Positions 48,950 through 62,615 of a stretch of DNA of 64,000 nt are shown here, piece after piece (position 1 is the stretch's first letter; the number at the start of each line of letters is the position of its first letter). The notes below the pieces were generated by a model. That model did no database searches, had not been told where the DNA came from, and worked only from the letters and a program-made list of their open reading frames with translations. Made by a program: the position numbers and the translations under genes. Source of the DNA: Phoronis australis (Eukaryota; Animalia; Phoronida); contig NMRA01000583.1 of assembly GCA_002633005.1 (NCBI GenBank), positions 77,994-141,993 on the forward strand, written 5' to 3'.

Positions 48950-50600
48950 CCAATTTCATACAATACTTTGAACAAAATTGAAGGTTTACTCTTTCAAACG
49001 GCACTTTTACAGAAAAATGGTGAACTGGCATAATCATGTTTTCTTAAAAATTTTGATGCAGCAGAACCTGGAAATTAAAGAGGTATAACACTCCTGAATG
49101 TTATGAAGCAAAATTACTTGTCTTGAATAAAAAATTAACATCCTGGTTGTATTAAAATAAATTACTGATAGAACAACATGGTAGGTTCAGAGAAAAGTAT
49201 TCACCGACTGATAACATTTTTATTCTTAACAGCTTTGCTGAAAATATTTGTCAAAACAAAAATCAACCATCTTATTGCGCTAAATATTGACTTCGATATT
49301 TGATTAGATAAATATATACTAACATCAAAAGATATGGTTGAACTACTGTTGGGAATTCGACAAAGTATGTATTCAACTGTAAATGGTAAAATTAAGACTG
49401 AATTAGGAATAACATAACAACCTTTTGAGTGCACGACTGGTGTCGGACCTAGTTCTCTTTGTATGTAAACGAACAACTGGAAAGGAAGTGGTATTCAAAT
49501 TGACCTCGCCATTGAAAAGGTGTCTTTATTACTATAAGCCGACGATACTACTCTAGTTGGCAACTGTATTACTGATTTGCATAGATTTTCCAGAACAAAT
49601 TTGTTTAAAGTGGAATATGTCTGTGGACATCCATCATTTAAACATAGTGGTCTCCAAGAAGGGTGGACGATTGAAATGAAGAGAAAAATGGTATTACAGA
49701 GGTGTTGAGCTGAAGACTTGCGGTTACTATAGATGTTTAGTCATTAGGGACAACGTGCTGTACGACACTCGCACATATTTTCTGTGTCAAATGGGAGCGA
49801 GAAGAACAGCGTTGCTAGCTTTTTAAAAAAAGTGTTCGACACAATGATAAGACCCATTTTATCCCATAGAGCAGAAATATGGGGCACTAACCATAGAAAA
49901 GAAATTGAAAATGTTCAACCAAAATTCTGTAAATGGTTACTGTTTACTGGTACGAAGACAACCAACACCATAATTGTGTCTTATGAATGTGTGTGTAGGC
50001 ATATAAAATATTTTTAAGAATATTGAAAGTGCAAAATAATAGACCCAAAACAATGTTTTTTGATGTTATGTGAAAGGCAATTGCACGGTCAAAATAATAA
50101 GGGAGCCCGTATCAAAAAAATATTTTATATAACTGGTTTCGGTCATGTATGGTTGCACCACGGAGTCGGTGATGGACAATATTTTTTATCGGCATTCAAA
50201 CAAAGGCTGAGAGAGGTTTTAAACTTTCAAAGTTGGGTTTTGGGGAGTAGAACATACAAATAAGTGCAAATTTTACAAAGCAGTTAAGAATAAGTTGAAA
50301 AGTATGTGGGAGATTACGCAACATCAGATATTTTACACAGGGAACATTAGATGTTCAACTCAAACATTAGAGATTGAAAACGGCAGAATAAATGGTATTC
50401 CCCGAAGTGACAAAACTTGGACCAATTGTAATGCAGGAGAGATTGAGACAGAAGAGCATGTCATGTTACGCTGACCAGTACTGGTAGATTTAAGAAAGAA
50501 ATTCATACCACGCTGCCACGATATGAGTGTCTTTAACAAGAGAACAGCAAACACTTTTAAAACATTTCAATGTATATACAAAGGGCAATGATGATCAAAA
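48950..50600 (+). mobile_element. Degenerate non-LTR retrotransposon (RTEX/RTE-like RT and C-terminal zinc motif)
   Basis: Fragments FREKYSPTDNIFILNS, L*ADDTTL (decayed YADD), VFDTMIRPILSHRAEIWG, LEIENGRINGIPR...CNAGEIETEEHVML; (TAY)n-like tail at about 50690-50745. Confidence 0.75.
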
Positions 50601-53012
50601 ACAAAATATTAAATTAATCTTTAATGGCTGTGTACGATGTGTAAAGTTTGTATATACTATTGTTAACTTTGAGTCGGTGGCCTCTTGTTTTTTATTATCT
50701 TATTCTTATTACTATTACTATTACAATTACAATTACTATTATTACAGAATGCTTAGTTTGCCAGAAAACTTGCGTGATACTGTAGAAGAGTTTGTAACGC
50801 ATTAACTTTTTCGAACGTAAAACTTGGTTGAAAACACGACTGCACTTTCTGTTGGACATCAACATGTACACTCAGTCGTCGCACCCTCTGTACAATTTCC
50901 GATCTTCGGCGTGCAGTTGTCAAGCATACTGCCAAAAGACGTTACAGACAAGTTAGTATAGTAGCTATAGTTTGAGAGCAGTCCAGCAGAAAGTGCAGTT
51001 GTGATTCAATTAAGAACGCAATACTAAGAAGGTTTATACTTAAAAACTGCAATGATTTGTATCCTACAATGCTCCACAAAGCACTACAAAGACAATATTA
51101 AAATAGGACAACATTCCTGTAACAATAACGGTATGTATGTACACGACTGAACTTGACCGTTTGGCAGCGCATGCAACAATGATCGGTTGTAAAAAATGAC
51201 ACACAGTTTTATCTTGTAATGGGAATGCATGCATTTCTTGGGGGAAGCATGCATATAACTAGACGTGTTCACTGACACAACCTCCTTTCTTGTGATGCGG
51301 ACTTGTTACACAATTTTAGCAACAATGACCTAAACTAAAACGAATCGTATAGCAACCCTTCCCTCACTTCGCTCAGAAATAGTAGGCTGATTACTCGTTG
51401 TTAATGGGAAATTACCCATTTTTGTATTGTATATACATAACAAAAATCATACTTGTAATAGACCAAAATCTTTTAATATTCATTCTTGAGGAGAAAATGT
51501 CAAAATAGAATTTCACTTATCGGCCATATTGGTACTTATTTTCGTAACGGGGTTCTCACTGTATCGCAAAAGGGGCGACCAATAACGTTGAACCTACCCT
51601 CGATTGCCCAGTGTTGTAACTACAGCTACGTATTGTACCGCCTCTTAGGTGAAAAAGCGATCAAACGTTATGTGTTAATAAGCGTTGCAAGAGTAAACAT
51701 GAATTCAGTTGAAGTATAACTAGGTGACATTTTTAGTATTCCGCTAGTAGAAAACCACTTGAATACACCTAGGAACTGGTGCCTAGAATACACTCAAAGC
51801 TGCGAATATCAGCATTGAATTGTTTGTTTGCTTCCGCTTGTTAACCGCTTTGCCACATATTGGTCATGTATTGTTGGCTGTTTTCTTTTGTTACACCAGT
51901 TTGCAACACACAGAGAGGATTTTCTTTCTTTAGAGAACGTCAAGCGGGCATTACGGCGTTTTCCCGTTGCTCACAACTTGTTTAATTCTATAGCCCAACA
52001 ACAAGTTGGGAAAATTATCCCTGTAGCCAGTATCTTACATGACTGATTAACTCCATTCTGGCATTTATGGTTGGAGGGCCAGCTCTCTTTTTTCGATAAT
52101 TGCTCTAATCTCTAATAAGATCGTATCTACCTGCGTGGGATGTGCTGTTAAAAATAAAAGTTAACTTATAACATATTTGAATATAAACCAATAGTATTTC
52201 TGAAATCTTCGTCAAATGGTGATCATGTTTAGTTTTTGAATCGCCAAAATCGCCTAACTACAACCGAAGTTACGACAATCTATTCTTTCCGAATACACCA
52301 ATTCACTTCGAGTTTGACTTTGTTCACACGTGGTCTGTAATAAGCCCGGTATAGATAAGTGGCCTGCTTGTTGTCCTAACAGACAAAAGAGTGTGCTTGG
52401 CAGTTAACAAAGAAGCTAGATGCTATCACACGCTTAGAACCCCCTACGTCTGGGTAAAGTCACTGAACGGGAAAACGCTGTCATGGGGATAGTTCGGTTA
52501 ACAAGGTATAATATGCGGAACTAGCTACTCAGCCAGGATGACTTTTTCATGAACAATTTCCCCATGAAAGTCAAAAATCCCTACCAAATAGCATATTTTA
52601 CAGAAAATTCCCAACAGAAGGGTTTACTAATTTAGTGCTCAGAATGTTTTTTTCCAGCTTCACAAATGGGTTTTCATTAATATCTCTATTTTAAAAATTT
52701 GCCAAACAACGACCTCATTTTTGACGCCATGACGTGTCTTCTTGTACTGTTGCACACTGATGAAGTAAAAATTCAGCTGTTCAATAATCCTTGCCAAACC
52801 TTATGATTATGAAATGAGCCCCTTCATTGCAGGTGGTGTTTATGTTCGATATATGTCTCGAAAATGATAGGTGCGTCGCAAGCTCCGTTCCACAGATGAA
52901 AAGGACAGCGTATACAGATAAAATAAAGGTAATTTATTATGACACCATAGCGATACAGAAATATGAATGTAAAATAATAAATACACGTAAATAATAATTT
53001 CTGGAAAGACGG

Positions 53013-53170
53013 CAGTGTTGTAGTGGGGCGTAGGCGCACGTAGGCGCAGCCAACTACCTTTTGGCATTTAAACGTAGCGCCTACGCACCGTAAGTAACGT
53101 TCAGTGCTCAAGGTGATACGGCGCGGGCTTTCGGCGACTACTTACCTCTACTTTTACCACTACAGCACTG
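53013..53170. mobile_element. hAT-type MITE, 158 bp
   Basis: TIRs CAGTGTTGTAGTGG / CCACTACAGCACTG; 8-bp TSD AAAGACGG; empty site visible in the paralogous segment at about 63980-63990. Confidence 0.85.
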
Positions 53171-54135
53171 AAAGACGGGCAATAAAAAGCGCAGCACTCA
53201 GGTACAAGGAACTACCTAACCAATGGGATGGTGGTGAGTGGGAAAATGGGGAGATTGAACTCGAACGTAAGTGCCGCTGAAGCAGATTTGACAGGAAACA
53301 TATGATTACTGTGAACATTGGTTACCTTAAAGACACGTGACAATCATCAGCCTATAGAAGCTAGGAGGTGACCAAACTCGTGGCACATGACGTAAACGAA
53401 CCAATAGCGAAACTGGGAATGAAGTGTCCTGGTGTGTCGTGTGCAAAAGGACCGCATGCAAATTTAAACAAAGCATTATAGGACCAGCACGAAAGGTGAA
53501 TCAAAGGGGGGCGTAAGACGAGTCCATAATCTCACATAAATATATTTATAGACTTTCTGGAACAAAACTCTACAAAATGAATGTTGTTTACGGGAGGTAC
53601 TTTTGATGATGTCGATTTTTTGAACGACAGGTGGCCATCTTGATACTGCCAGTTACAAATACAGTTGAACACCATTCGACGGGAAGTTATCGCCAGTTCG
53701 GTTTAATGTCCGTAAATTCAGTGTGTTAGTGATCACCTGGACGAATGACCCTTTTGTTGCTTGCAGAAAAGTAACCATGGGAACGTCAGCCCTAGAAGTA
53801 AAAATAGAACCGAAACAAGCTGCGACAGCAATTTGGAAAGATTTCACATTAACGACACAGTTCGTCGTGGAAGTTCGTTTTGGGTAAGTTGGCTCACTTT
53901 GAATATGGTGTTTGCCCAAGAAGTGTTGAAAAACACGCACAGGTACCGGGTGATAAAATAGTTGCTCTTTTAAAAATGTACATATTGTTAACGGGATTTT
54001 TTTTCAAATGAAATTGAATAGTTGGTGTTTACTTTTCAAATGGTTTATGAAAAACATTATTTAGATGAGTTTAATTATGAACTTTGGTTAGTTATTAAAC
54101 TGTTGCAGACCAGAAAGACTGAATTATTCTGAACA

Positions 54136-54214
54136 ATGGCGCTGATTTTGACCATGAAAGTCCTGTTGGTTGTCTTGTTGGCTGAGTCAATGGGTGAAGA
54201 AATAAGCCAGTCAG
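54136..54214 (+). CDS. CUB-like gene exon 1 (signal peptide)
   Basis: MALILTMKVLLVVLLAESMGEEISQS; strong donor CAG|GTGAGA, phase 1. Confidence 0.65.
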
Positions 54215-57200
54215 GTGAGAGTATTTTTTCCAAAACATTACTCTTTGTTCTCGCCATCACACTCATTCAATGCGATATCCTTCATTTTTCTTTCGACGTT
54301 ATAATGTATATATAGGTAGACCTTGAGAAACGTTTTCAACGCCAAATGGGAGCTTCCTGTCTTCTAACAGAATTAAGGAACTGAAACTGCTTTTCAATAG
54401 CCTAAAACCATCCAGGCGTATTCAGTGAAGATTAAAATTCATCCTCCAGTGTGACCATTCACCGCTGACTTCATATTGCACGCCGTATTCAAACAATCAA
54501 TTGACGAATTTTAAATTTTTTAGACATTTTAAACCTCCTTGCCACTTCTTCAAAATTTGGAGGAAACTCAGTTCTAGCAAACACATTTATCAACCAATTG
54601 TATCAATCTTTACCTTGAAAGCCAGAACGATTTAACATTATCAAGGCACTGTAATAAAACTCAGAGGGATGTTTCGCCTCGGCTAGTCGCCATTGAAGCG
54701 AAATGCTGCACGTTATTGTCAAAGTACGCAAGCGCTATGAAACTTTTGTCCTGTGTGAGTGCTGTTTATTGTAAATGTACCGCGTAGTGGCCTTGAGATC
54801 TCGAAAACGGGAGTGAATTACAGTCCTTGATGCGACGGAGACGATTGCCAAGATATCAGTACCTATCCACATAGCTTCGGAGTTTGACGGGATAGTATTC
54901 CAATTTATCCCAAAATAAGGAAAACCCACCAAATCCGTTGCAAAAGCTATTATTACCGGATACGTAGTAATGTACATGAGAACTTCACACGGAAATAGAC
55001 GAACTTCGTATCGAGTTTAGCTCGCCATAGTGACGGATTTTTTGGCACGCGTTTTTCTAAAGCAATCAACACTACAAGCTTTGATTTAGACCATACTTTT
55101 AAAATTGATCTTGTCTTGCTCCTTACTCAGATGAGAAGAGATCTATGGACTTAGAAAAAACTGTCAATTTGTTAAATCTGTTTAATTGCGTCTATTGCAG
55201 TTATTCTTTACCAATCATGCTTTATAAATTAAGCGTTGTGAATTATAAAGTTCACGGTAATGAATATTAGCGCAAGCAGTAAGCTTTAGTTGGGTTCTGG
55301 AGAGGCGAAAATCTCGCGAAAGAAGCCAGTGTGATCACGTGCTTCGCTTGTAATCTATGGCGATATCTCGCAAAGACTTGCGTGATCTTGCGTTTTCGCG
55401 AGATTCTGTCTACGGAACGCTCGCCAGCTCTCATGCGCCAGAAATCTGACTGTATCCTCCAATATAATGGAGAAGAATAGTTATTGCACCAATAAGGAAA
55501 TGTACTCTACGTCTTGACAAAATAAACATAGGGCATTAACTGCAGTGCCCATGGGCTGCTAGGATACGTCACTTTGTTTATTGCTTGTGCAGAATAGAAC
55601 TTTGAGTCAGCGCCTATTTCTTTATGGATACGAATCGCACTTCCGCGAACTCAAGCCGGTTGAGTAATCGCATCAGTAGGTCATACAGTTCGTACAGGAA
55701 CATTATTTATAAACACCTTAACGTTAATTTTTTAAAAGAAAAATGAAACATGTTTATTTCTATCGGTATTATAAGTATTGCACCAGGGATTACTTTTATG
55801 GTACAAGCGACACGGTTCACATCACGTTCATACGATACAATATTCACAATTTTCCGTACGACGTTATAATGTATTTAAAAAGTAGTAACGCACATGATAA
55901 CGTCACACAGAAAGTGACGAACCTCGTATCGAATGAGCATGGTTCACATGATAAGCTTGATACAACCGAGAAGTCTAGTAAGTACACTCCTGATTCAAAG
56001 TTATGAGTAAGTGCGCTGTGTATTAACAGACAACTTTCAAATGCATTTTATCTGTTGTAATTTACAAAGGTATTGCAAAAATTGTTCTGTTGGTATGACA
56101 ACGAAAGTTGTGCCATATTTTTAATATGTTCGTGCAAAAATCAACATTTGAAAATGTTTATTCTTTGGACGCGGTATTATACGAGAAAAAATATCGCGCA
56201 ACATTCTCTGAAAAAAACCCTTGCGCACACCTGCTGAATGATGCCGCATCGCCTGAATACACATGGCTAAACAGTTTTACCTAGAATGCTTTTTGCTGAA
56301 ACAATTCATCTTGATGCGCATGTGAATCCGGCTTATGTCATTAATGTATGTCATATACGTGCAAAAACAGGTAGCAGCGGACTGGAAGAAACTGGCATAC
56401 AGGACTCACATGTCTCTACTAGTCGTTATCAGAAATCGTGATGTGGCAAACTTAATAGAACGAGGATACGCCACCCCACAGCCCATGTGCACTAATTTGG
56501 ACTGGAGTAATTGTTGCTTTTGCAAAACACTATTCTTTTGCTTTTAATCGTCAGGATCAGGTTACCTGACTTCCAGACAGAGACTTCAAGTTGAAAGGCT
56601 AACATCTGAAAATGATGAAATTCATTTTCAAGGATGTGGATACTATATTAAACACTTTTGCTTCATAATTACGGAGATGTGCAAAATTCTAGGAATATTT
56701 TATAAATTTTCAGGGTTTAGAAAATAAAGAAAACCGTGCATGGCATGCGTGTCTAGTTGGTAAATTAGGATACCCACTCATTCAAAAGGTGAATCAGGTG
56801 AAATTCAGCCCTTTATCAGGCCTGACAGACGATGACTCCTACATGACTGCAGTGTTTCGCTGCGCACTCTTGTCAGTAAATCTTTATCTCAGGGGTATGT
56901 TTCGCGAAAGTGACTTAAAGCTCTCTCTTGCTTTTGCTGAAAAAAGGTCAGACCAAGTTATTATGAGCGCATCGCGATCCAAAAACAATTGTGTAGAACA
57001 AATTCCTGACTGAAATCTTTTAAGAAAACGTTTTTCATGAAATATACTCTGATGATTGAGGGCATGACGGATATAGAACCTGAAGAGAACTTCCAAAATG
57101 TTCATTTGCAGCAAGTTACTACACGTCTGGATCAGACTGCATCAAAAGCGAGCCTGCCGGACACCAGTACTATGAACTGACACCTTCCACAGATGTCGCG

Positions 57201-60200
57201 GTAGTCTACGGCAGATACCAGTCATCGACTCCGAGCAAGTATGTTACTACGAATATAAAGCTATTGATTAGTTTTACTGTTTAAAATACTCCTAGAAAGT
57301 GCGCTATTACTACAAAAGCAAGATGAACAGTCTTCATCACACTCGGTCCGCGAGGCCATTCTTGATAACAACATCTTTTTTAAATGAACGCAATCCTTTC
57401 TTCATCAACTGTAGTTCTTTTCTCATCAACCACAATTCAATTCTTATCGCTCAAGTATTTTCTACGAAATGGTAGACTAAGACGTTTCAGTACAACAGTA
57501 TAATCACAGCCACGAGCTGAGTCCCATGTCAATTGCTAAAATTTGAGGTATGATGAAAAAATACGTTTTGCAAACGAATCTTTGTCGTTAAAGGGGTATT
57601 ATCGATTTAACGACCAAAAGACACATTTTGGGTATTGCTGCTGGATGGAATGGTTTGAAACTGTTAGTTTTGACCAGATCATGATCTATAAAACAACCAA
57701 ATGCGTTACTTTATTAGGATTGCATTACAAATAGCTTATAGTTGACTTTCAAAATAGCCGAACCATACAAATCCACCAGACGGCAATCTCGTCTTTGGTG
57801 GAAAGGCGTTCGGTGCCACCTACAGATCCCATGTAATGGGGACGGGAGGTTTGAAACTAGTGGTATCGACACCTTTCCAGCTATCACAATGCCGGCAAAT
57901 TTTCACACATGTGCAGTGAGATAATATTATACAAAAGGCAACTCTCTTCAAATATCAACAGATGAATGACATCATGTCCCATACATTTCTCACTGCGATG
58001 AAGCTAAGTCGTTTGCTGTGATTGATAAAGCGATAGAATTTCGATTCCAGCCGATGTCTCAAAGCTAAAATTGGTGAACTTAACCTAATCAAACATTGCA
58101 ATTGATTGACAATGGGGTTTCATTCTCCTGTTTTAAACTAACGAACCACTATATATAGCAGTGAATTTTTGTCTCCAAATCTGAGTCGGGATCAAGCAAA
58201 ACACGCTTTCTCGATCTCATTACTCTAAAGAGCGCCAATATGAAAAATCTTTCTCGCCAGTTAACAGCTCTTAAAATACTCTACCATTCGTATAGTCGAG
58301 TTTAGCTTCAAGGGCAGAGAGTTGGTCGCAACCCATGAAGTTGATTGTTCGTTCTGCGTTACTGCTTGTATCAAAAAATCCCTTTTTTGGCCAATGATGT
58401 TACTTCAATGGACATGAACTAGATATAGCTGAGATTATCGTGAGCGCGCGCGCGTGTGAGTGTGAAATATAATTTATTTTATCGAAATAAGAACATACAT
58501 TTTGACCGGATGTATGTATACTTTTCTTGATGTACGCGCGACAAAGAATTGCCTTTACAAGCCTATTCAAAGAGATTAATGAGATTGGATTGCGATTGAT
58601 GAGAAAAGAACTGACTACATCCCGTGAGACAAGAATTGCAGTAATGAAATGAATACGTTGTAAATGTGAGCGTGCAAGTTGACCGTGATGCTCCTGATAA
58701 GACCATGGCATAAATACGTGAGTTTCCTGAAGTGTGATGTACCGATCCTTCACACGGGACTTCATATCCGACACTTCAAACGAGATTTACTGTGTAGTAT
58801 AAAGTACCAACCATAATCAGACGGTACTGATGCAGTATGTATTTCATACGTAGGTGCTACATGGTGTTCCACTCCGACAGAGATATCGTGGCCGAATTCT
58901 CGATCCTCAACATCACCAACGAAGGAGTGACGTTGTACGTCTACAATGGCAGCTCAACGTACGACGCACCTTATTGGGTAATGTCATTGATTTTGTTCCT
59001 ATGCGCCTAGCGCACTTTCAGAATATTTCTTGTGTTTGTCCCATAGACGTGTGGATCAGTCGTGGCCGCAGGTCCAACAGTCAGAATGTGTTTATCTATT
59101 AAAATTTATTTATTCTAAGCAACCTCCTCAGTGAATATACACTGATTTCCTGGAGGTCGAAGATAGAAAAATAATACAACCACTGAGGATATATTTTTCC
59201 AAAGAATTCTAAGGAATATTAGGGAAGCGTTATTGACGAAGAAGAGTTGCTCGTAGGAAGCTCGATGTGTTGAGAAGACTGTCAGCAGTTTGCCTTTTGT
59301 GTACAGTGTATGTGTTTACGACGACCTCCTAGCAAACGAAGATTTTTGCAACCTTGGTAAAATCGCGACAGGCTACCACTGTAATGAATCAGAATTCACT
59401 TCAATTCAAAAATTTGTAGGGGAAGAGTTTCCAAACTCCGTGGGAAACTCCATCCACCTTGCTCTCAACACAGTGAATGGCCTATTTGAAAAAAAAAATC
59501 TTGCAACTTAACAACCGATCTTTAATTGATGCTGGATGAAATTAAAGAAAATCATTCAATCCCAAACATCAAATTGTATTATCTGCCAATCCGCAAATAA
59601 ACTTTTACGAAATTGCTGTCAGTGAATTGACGCAGAATCATGAAATTCGGACAGTTCAATATCATTTGCCAGGGAAGTGCAGAAACTCGGATACCCAATT
59701 TCAACAAGGGATTTGAAATGGACCCTAAGGCAGTGTATTAGGGACACTTTTTCAAAATATAACCCTTCAGTGTATGGCCCATGAAGTCACATTTTCCCCC
59801 TAATGAAGTGAATCTTGATCTTAGGCCTCGTTTTCATTCTCAGAAACTATGGATAAAATGTTTTCCTATTGTTCCATAAGCCAATTCCGAGGTGACAGTT
59901 TCTACCTGTATTTGTCCACATTTTGAAACCAGGCGGCATGGGTTTCTTACGTTACCTTTTAACCCCCTAATTAAGGACTTTAGCAGTGCACCTTTTGACA
60001 CCCGTAGATTATCATTGTTATCATCATCATCCTCATCCTCATACTCATCCTCATCATCATAATCACCATCACCATCACCATCACCACCATCATCACCACC
60101 ACCATCATCCTNATCATCATCATCATCATTGTTGTTATTATGTTAGCGGATGTTGACACTTGCGCTGACCTTGCTTGAACTTGTGTGATCTCATTAAGTC

Positions 60201-61977
60201 GTAAGATAATCAGAGAGTTCACTCCAGAGAAATTATAGTTCATAGCAACTGGTTTTACATGAAACAACGATACGGAAATTCATGTAAACCTGTATACGTG
60301 TGATTGTCGAAGTGAATTGCAACCAATCATCCTCATCAATTTACAGACCTTAACCTCTCGATCCCCCGCCCCTACAAGTTCTATGGTGTCGGCACGGGTT
60401 ACCTTGAGATTGGAATTGTCTCCCAACTATCGATATCCCTACTCCGAAGACAGCTACCGTTTCACAATGAAACTGTACAGAATACCAGGTACTGTACATT
60501 AAGGTTTGAAACTTGAGTATCATGTCTTTCCCTTATCAATTAAACCAACTGTTCCCTTTCCTACCTTTCGACCATGGTCCAATTTATTGGGCAGCAATAT
60601 GTCGCATAGAGGCACCTAACACGTTATATAAGTTGGACTCAAAACCGTTGCGACAACTGCGTTCTTTCCACGTCAAGCTTATTTCAGGAGCACATTGTGT
60701 CCCAAACTTCTAAAGTAAATGACACTGTTTTTTGTGCGTATGCAAAACGATCATTACAATAACGCTTACTTCACTTTTAATTTAATGAAAAAATATCGAT
60801 GTTGGAACAATGAATTGACCACTTGAAATGATTAGTAAAGAAAGAAAGCAATGCAGTTTTTTTTTCTTTAAACATGACAGCTTTTTGAAAATTCTCTTAT
60901 TTATTCCTCACTGAGGTATTCTTTGGGCAAAGTAGTCACTGTGTTTTACAAACTTTGTTAAAAGCGCCAATTTTGCGTATCAATGGGCACTGAAAAGTGC
61001 CATGTGACTTTTTACCCCTTTCCATAAAACGGCCTATCATTGGTCTGTTTGAGCTTTTACCGTGATTTGAATTCTCCTGACATTGGAATGAAAACTACCC
61101 GTGAGGATGACTCTATAACACTTTTTGCTCGTCTTCTAAGCAATAAGATTAGAGCAACTGCGCTGATTTTTGATTCATTACCTGCGGAGAGTGTAATGAT
61201 AGGATGAATTGTTGATCTACACGAATTGGTTGATAATTGGATTACGGAAAATACACCCCCAACACGGGTGATCAGTACAAGTACAGTATATTACAAAAAT
61301 CGCCCTAACCCAAGTCAATATAATGGGTACACATAATGTGTGTGCATGTGTGTGTTTGCGCGTGCGTATGCGTGCATGCGTGGGTGTATTTATATATACA
61401 TACGTTGTACCGTTACTGACACTGGCGGAATGAAGGCCATTGGCTTCAAAAACTTTTTTCAGCAGACGCACCACGCATAAAAAGTAAAAGAAAAATCATC
61501 CGCAATAATTATTACACCCAGCAATTGATAATGAGCCCAAACCGCCCTAAGCCAACATCTATTTTATCAAATTTCTGCGGTATTTTGTCCTTAAGTTGGG
61601 CGTACTTCTAGAATCTGAGATGAAGCCTGCCAAGTAAAAAGAGGCAGAAATTTCACCCATCGTGAGCGCGCTTTCGGAAAACTTTGGACAAGGTGCAGAT
61701 GTGGAAATTCCTCTAATTTTCAATTAATCTAGAAACATTATCACATGAGTTGGGAACAGTTTGAGATAAGTTTAATAGTGGTAAGTGTTTTAAATCAACG
61801 TATTTTCCATAAAGAAAAATTTGATTGTCTCATTTTCTCATTACAGATGCTCCAGTCGCTCAAAAATACAACAGTAACACGAATATCAATATTTTTTTGG
61901 GTATTGGCATTTCTGGTGGAGGTGGCTCTCTGCTTGTCATGTGTATATGCATTTGGTGTTGTTGCTGCAAAGATTGA
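54136..61977 (+). CDS. Single-pass membrane protein, 200 aa: signal peptide, divergent CUB-like domain, TM, Cys-rich tail
   Basis: join(54136-54214,57112-57238,58854-58977,60347-60488,61847-61977) = 603 nt, intron phases 1/2/0/1, all GT-AG, no internal stop: MALILTMKVLLVVLLAESMG...DCIK...KCYMVFHS...VTLYVYNGSS...VTLRLEL...YRFTMKLY...IFLGIGISGGGGSLLVMCICIWCCCCKD*. Confidence 0.75.
57112..57238 (+). CDS. CUB-like gene exon 2
   Basis: (A)SYYTSGSDCIKSEPAGHQYYELTPSTDVAVVYGRYQSSTPS(K); tttgcag / gtatgt. Confidence 0.72.
58854..58977 (+). CDS. CUB-like gene exon 3
   Basis: CYMVFHSDRDIVAEFSILNITNEGVTLYVYNGSSTYDAPYW; tag / gtaatg. Confidence 0.78.
60008..60140. repeat. (CAT/CAC/CCT)n trinucleotide microsatellite with an N at 60112
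   Basis: Direct reading. Confidence 0.95.
60347..60488 (+). CDS. CUB-like gene exon 4
   Basis: TLTSRSPAPTSSMVSARVTLRLELSPNYRYPYSEDSYRFTMKLYRIP; tttacag / gtactg. Confidence 0.75.
61847..61977 (+). CDS. CUB-like gene last exon (TM and Cys tail)
   Basis: (D)APVAQKYNSNTNINIFLGIGISGGGGSLLVMCICIWCCCCKD*. Confidence 0.75.
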
Positions 61978-62476
61978 AATATTAAGTGACTAATTTAAAG
62001 ACACAGACCGTGATAATTACAATTGAAGCAGCTTTACATCTTTACTTGTAGTTTTAATATTTAGATGTCGCTGTTCTTATCACAGCTTCCTGTGTTAAAC
62101 AATAATGCCAACTTTTTGATGTGTGGTATTTTTATACATGTATGACTGTTACGCTGACTGATAGTACCATTATAGGTTCAAGTGTTTTTCTGGACACTCA
62201 TTTCGATTGCCTTGGAAATACGTATGCTATGCTAATTGTTGTAGAGCTTTCATTATCTGTAGAATTATGTGATGAAGGTCTATTGATTAAATAAATAAAA
62301 ATAAAAGAAATGCTCATTACCAGTTTACATTTAAATTGTATGTTGGATGCTATTTTGGGATTTTCACAATTAAACAACATAAACAACTTTAATATTCCAA
62401 CTTTGCTTACAATCTTTTCACAGAGCTTGCCGAAACACAGTGTATGTCTGATTTCACTGCCAGTATATATATATAT

Positions 62477-62615
62477 ATTATTACTTGGCGAAGTCATTAT
62501 CCCCCGTTATCTAGAGCCCGAGTGGGTTTTGGAGAATTATCGCCCGAGGGTGATAATTTTACAAAATCCACGAGGGCTCTAGATAAGGGGGATAACGACT
62601 GAGAACATGTAATAA
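62477..62615. repeat. Imperfect hairpin with about 60-bp arms, probably the end of a repeat element
   Basis: ttatcccccgttatctagagccc...aattatc / gataatt...gggctctagataagggggataa. Confidence 0.6.

Noticed and set aside
59980-60267. Met-rich 95-aa ORF
   Set aside because: Reverse translation of a (CAT)n microsatellite containing an N.
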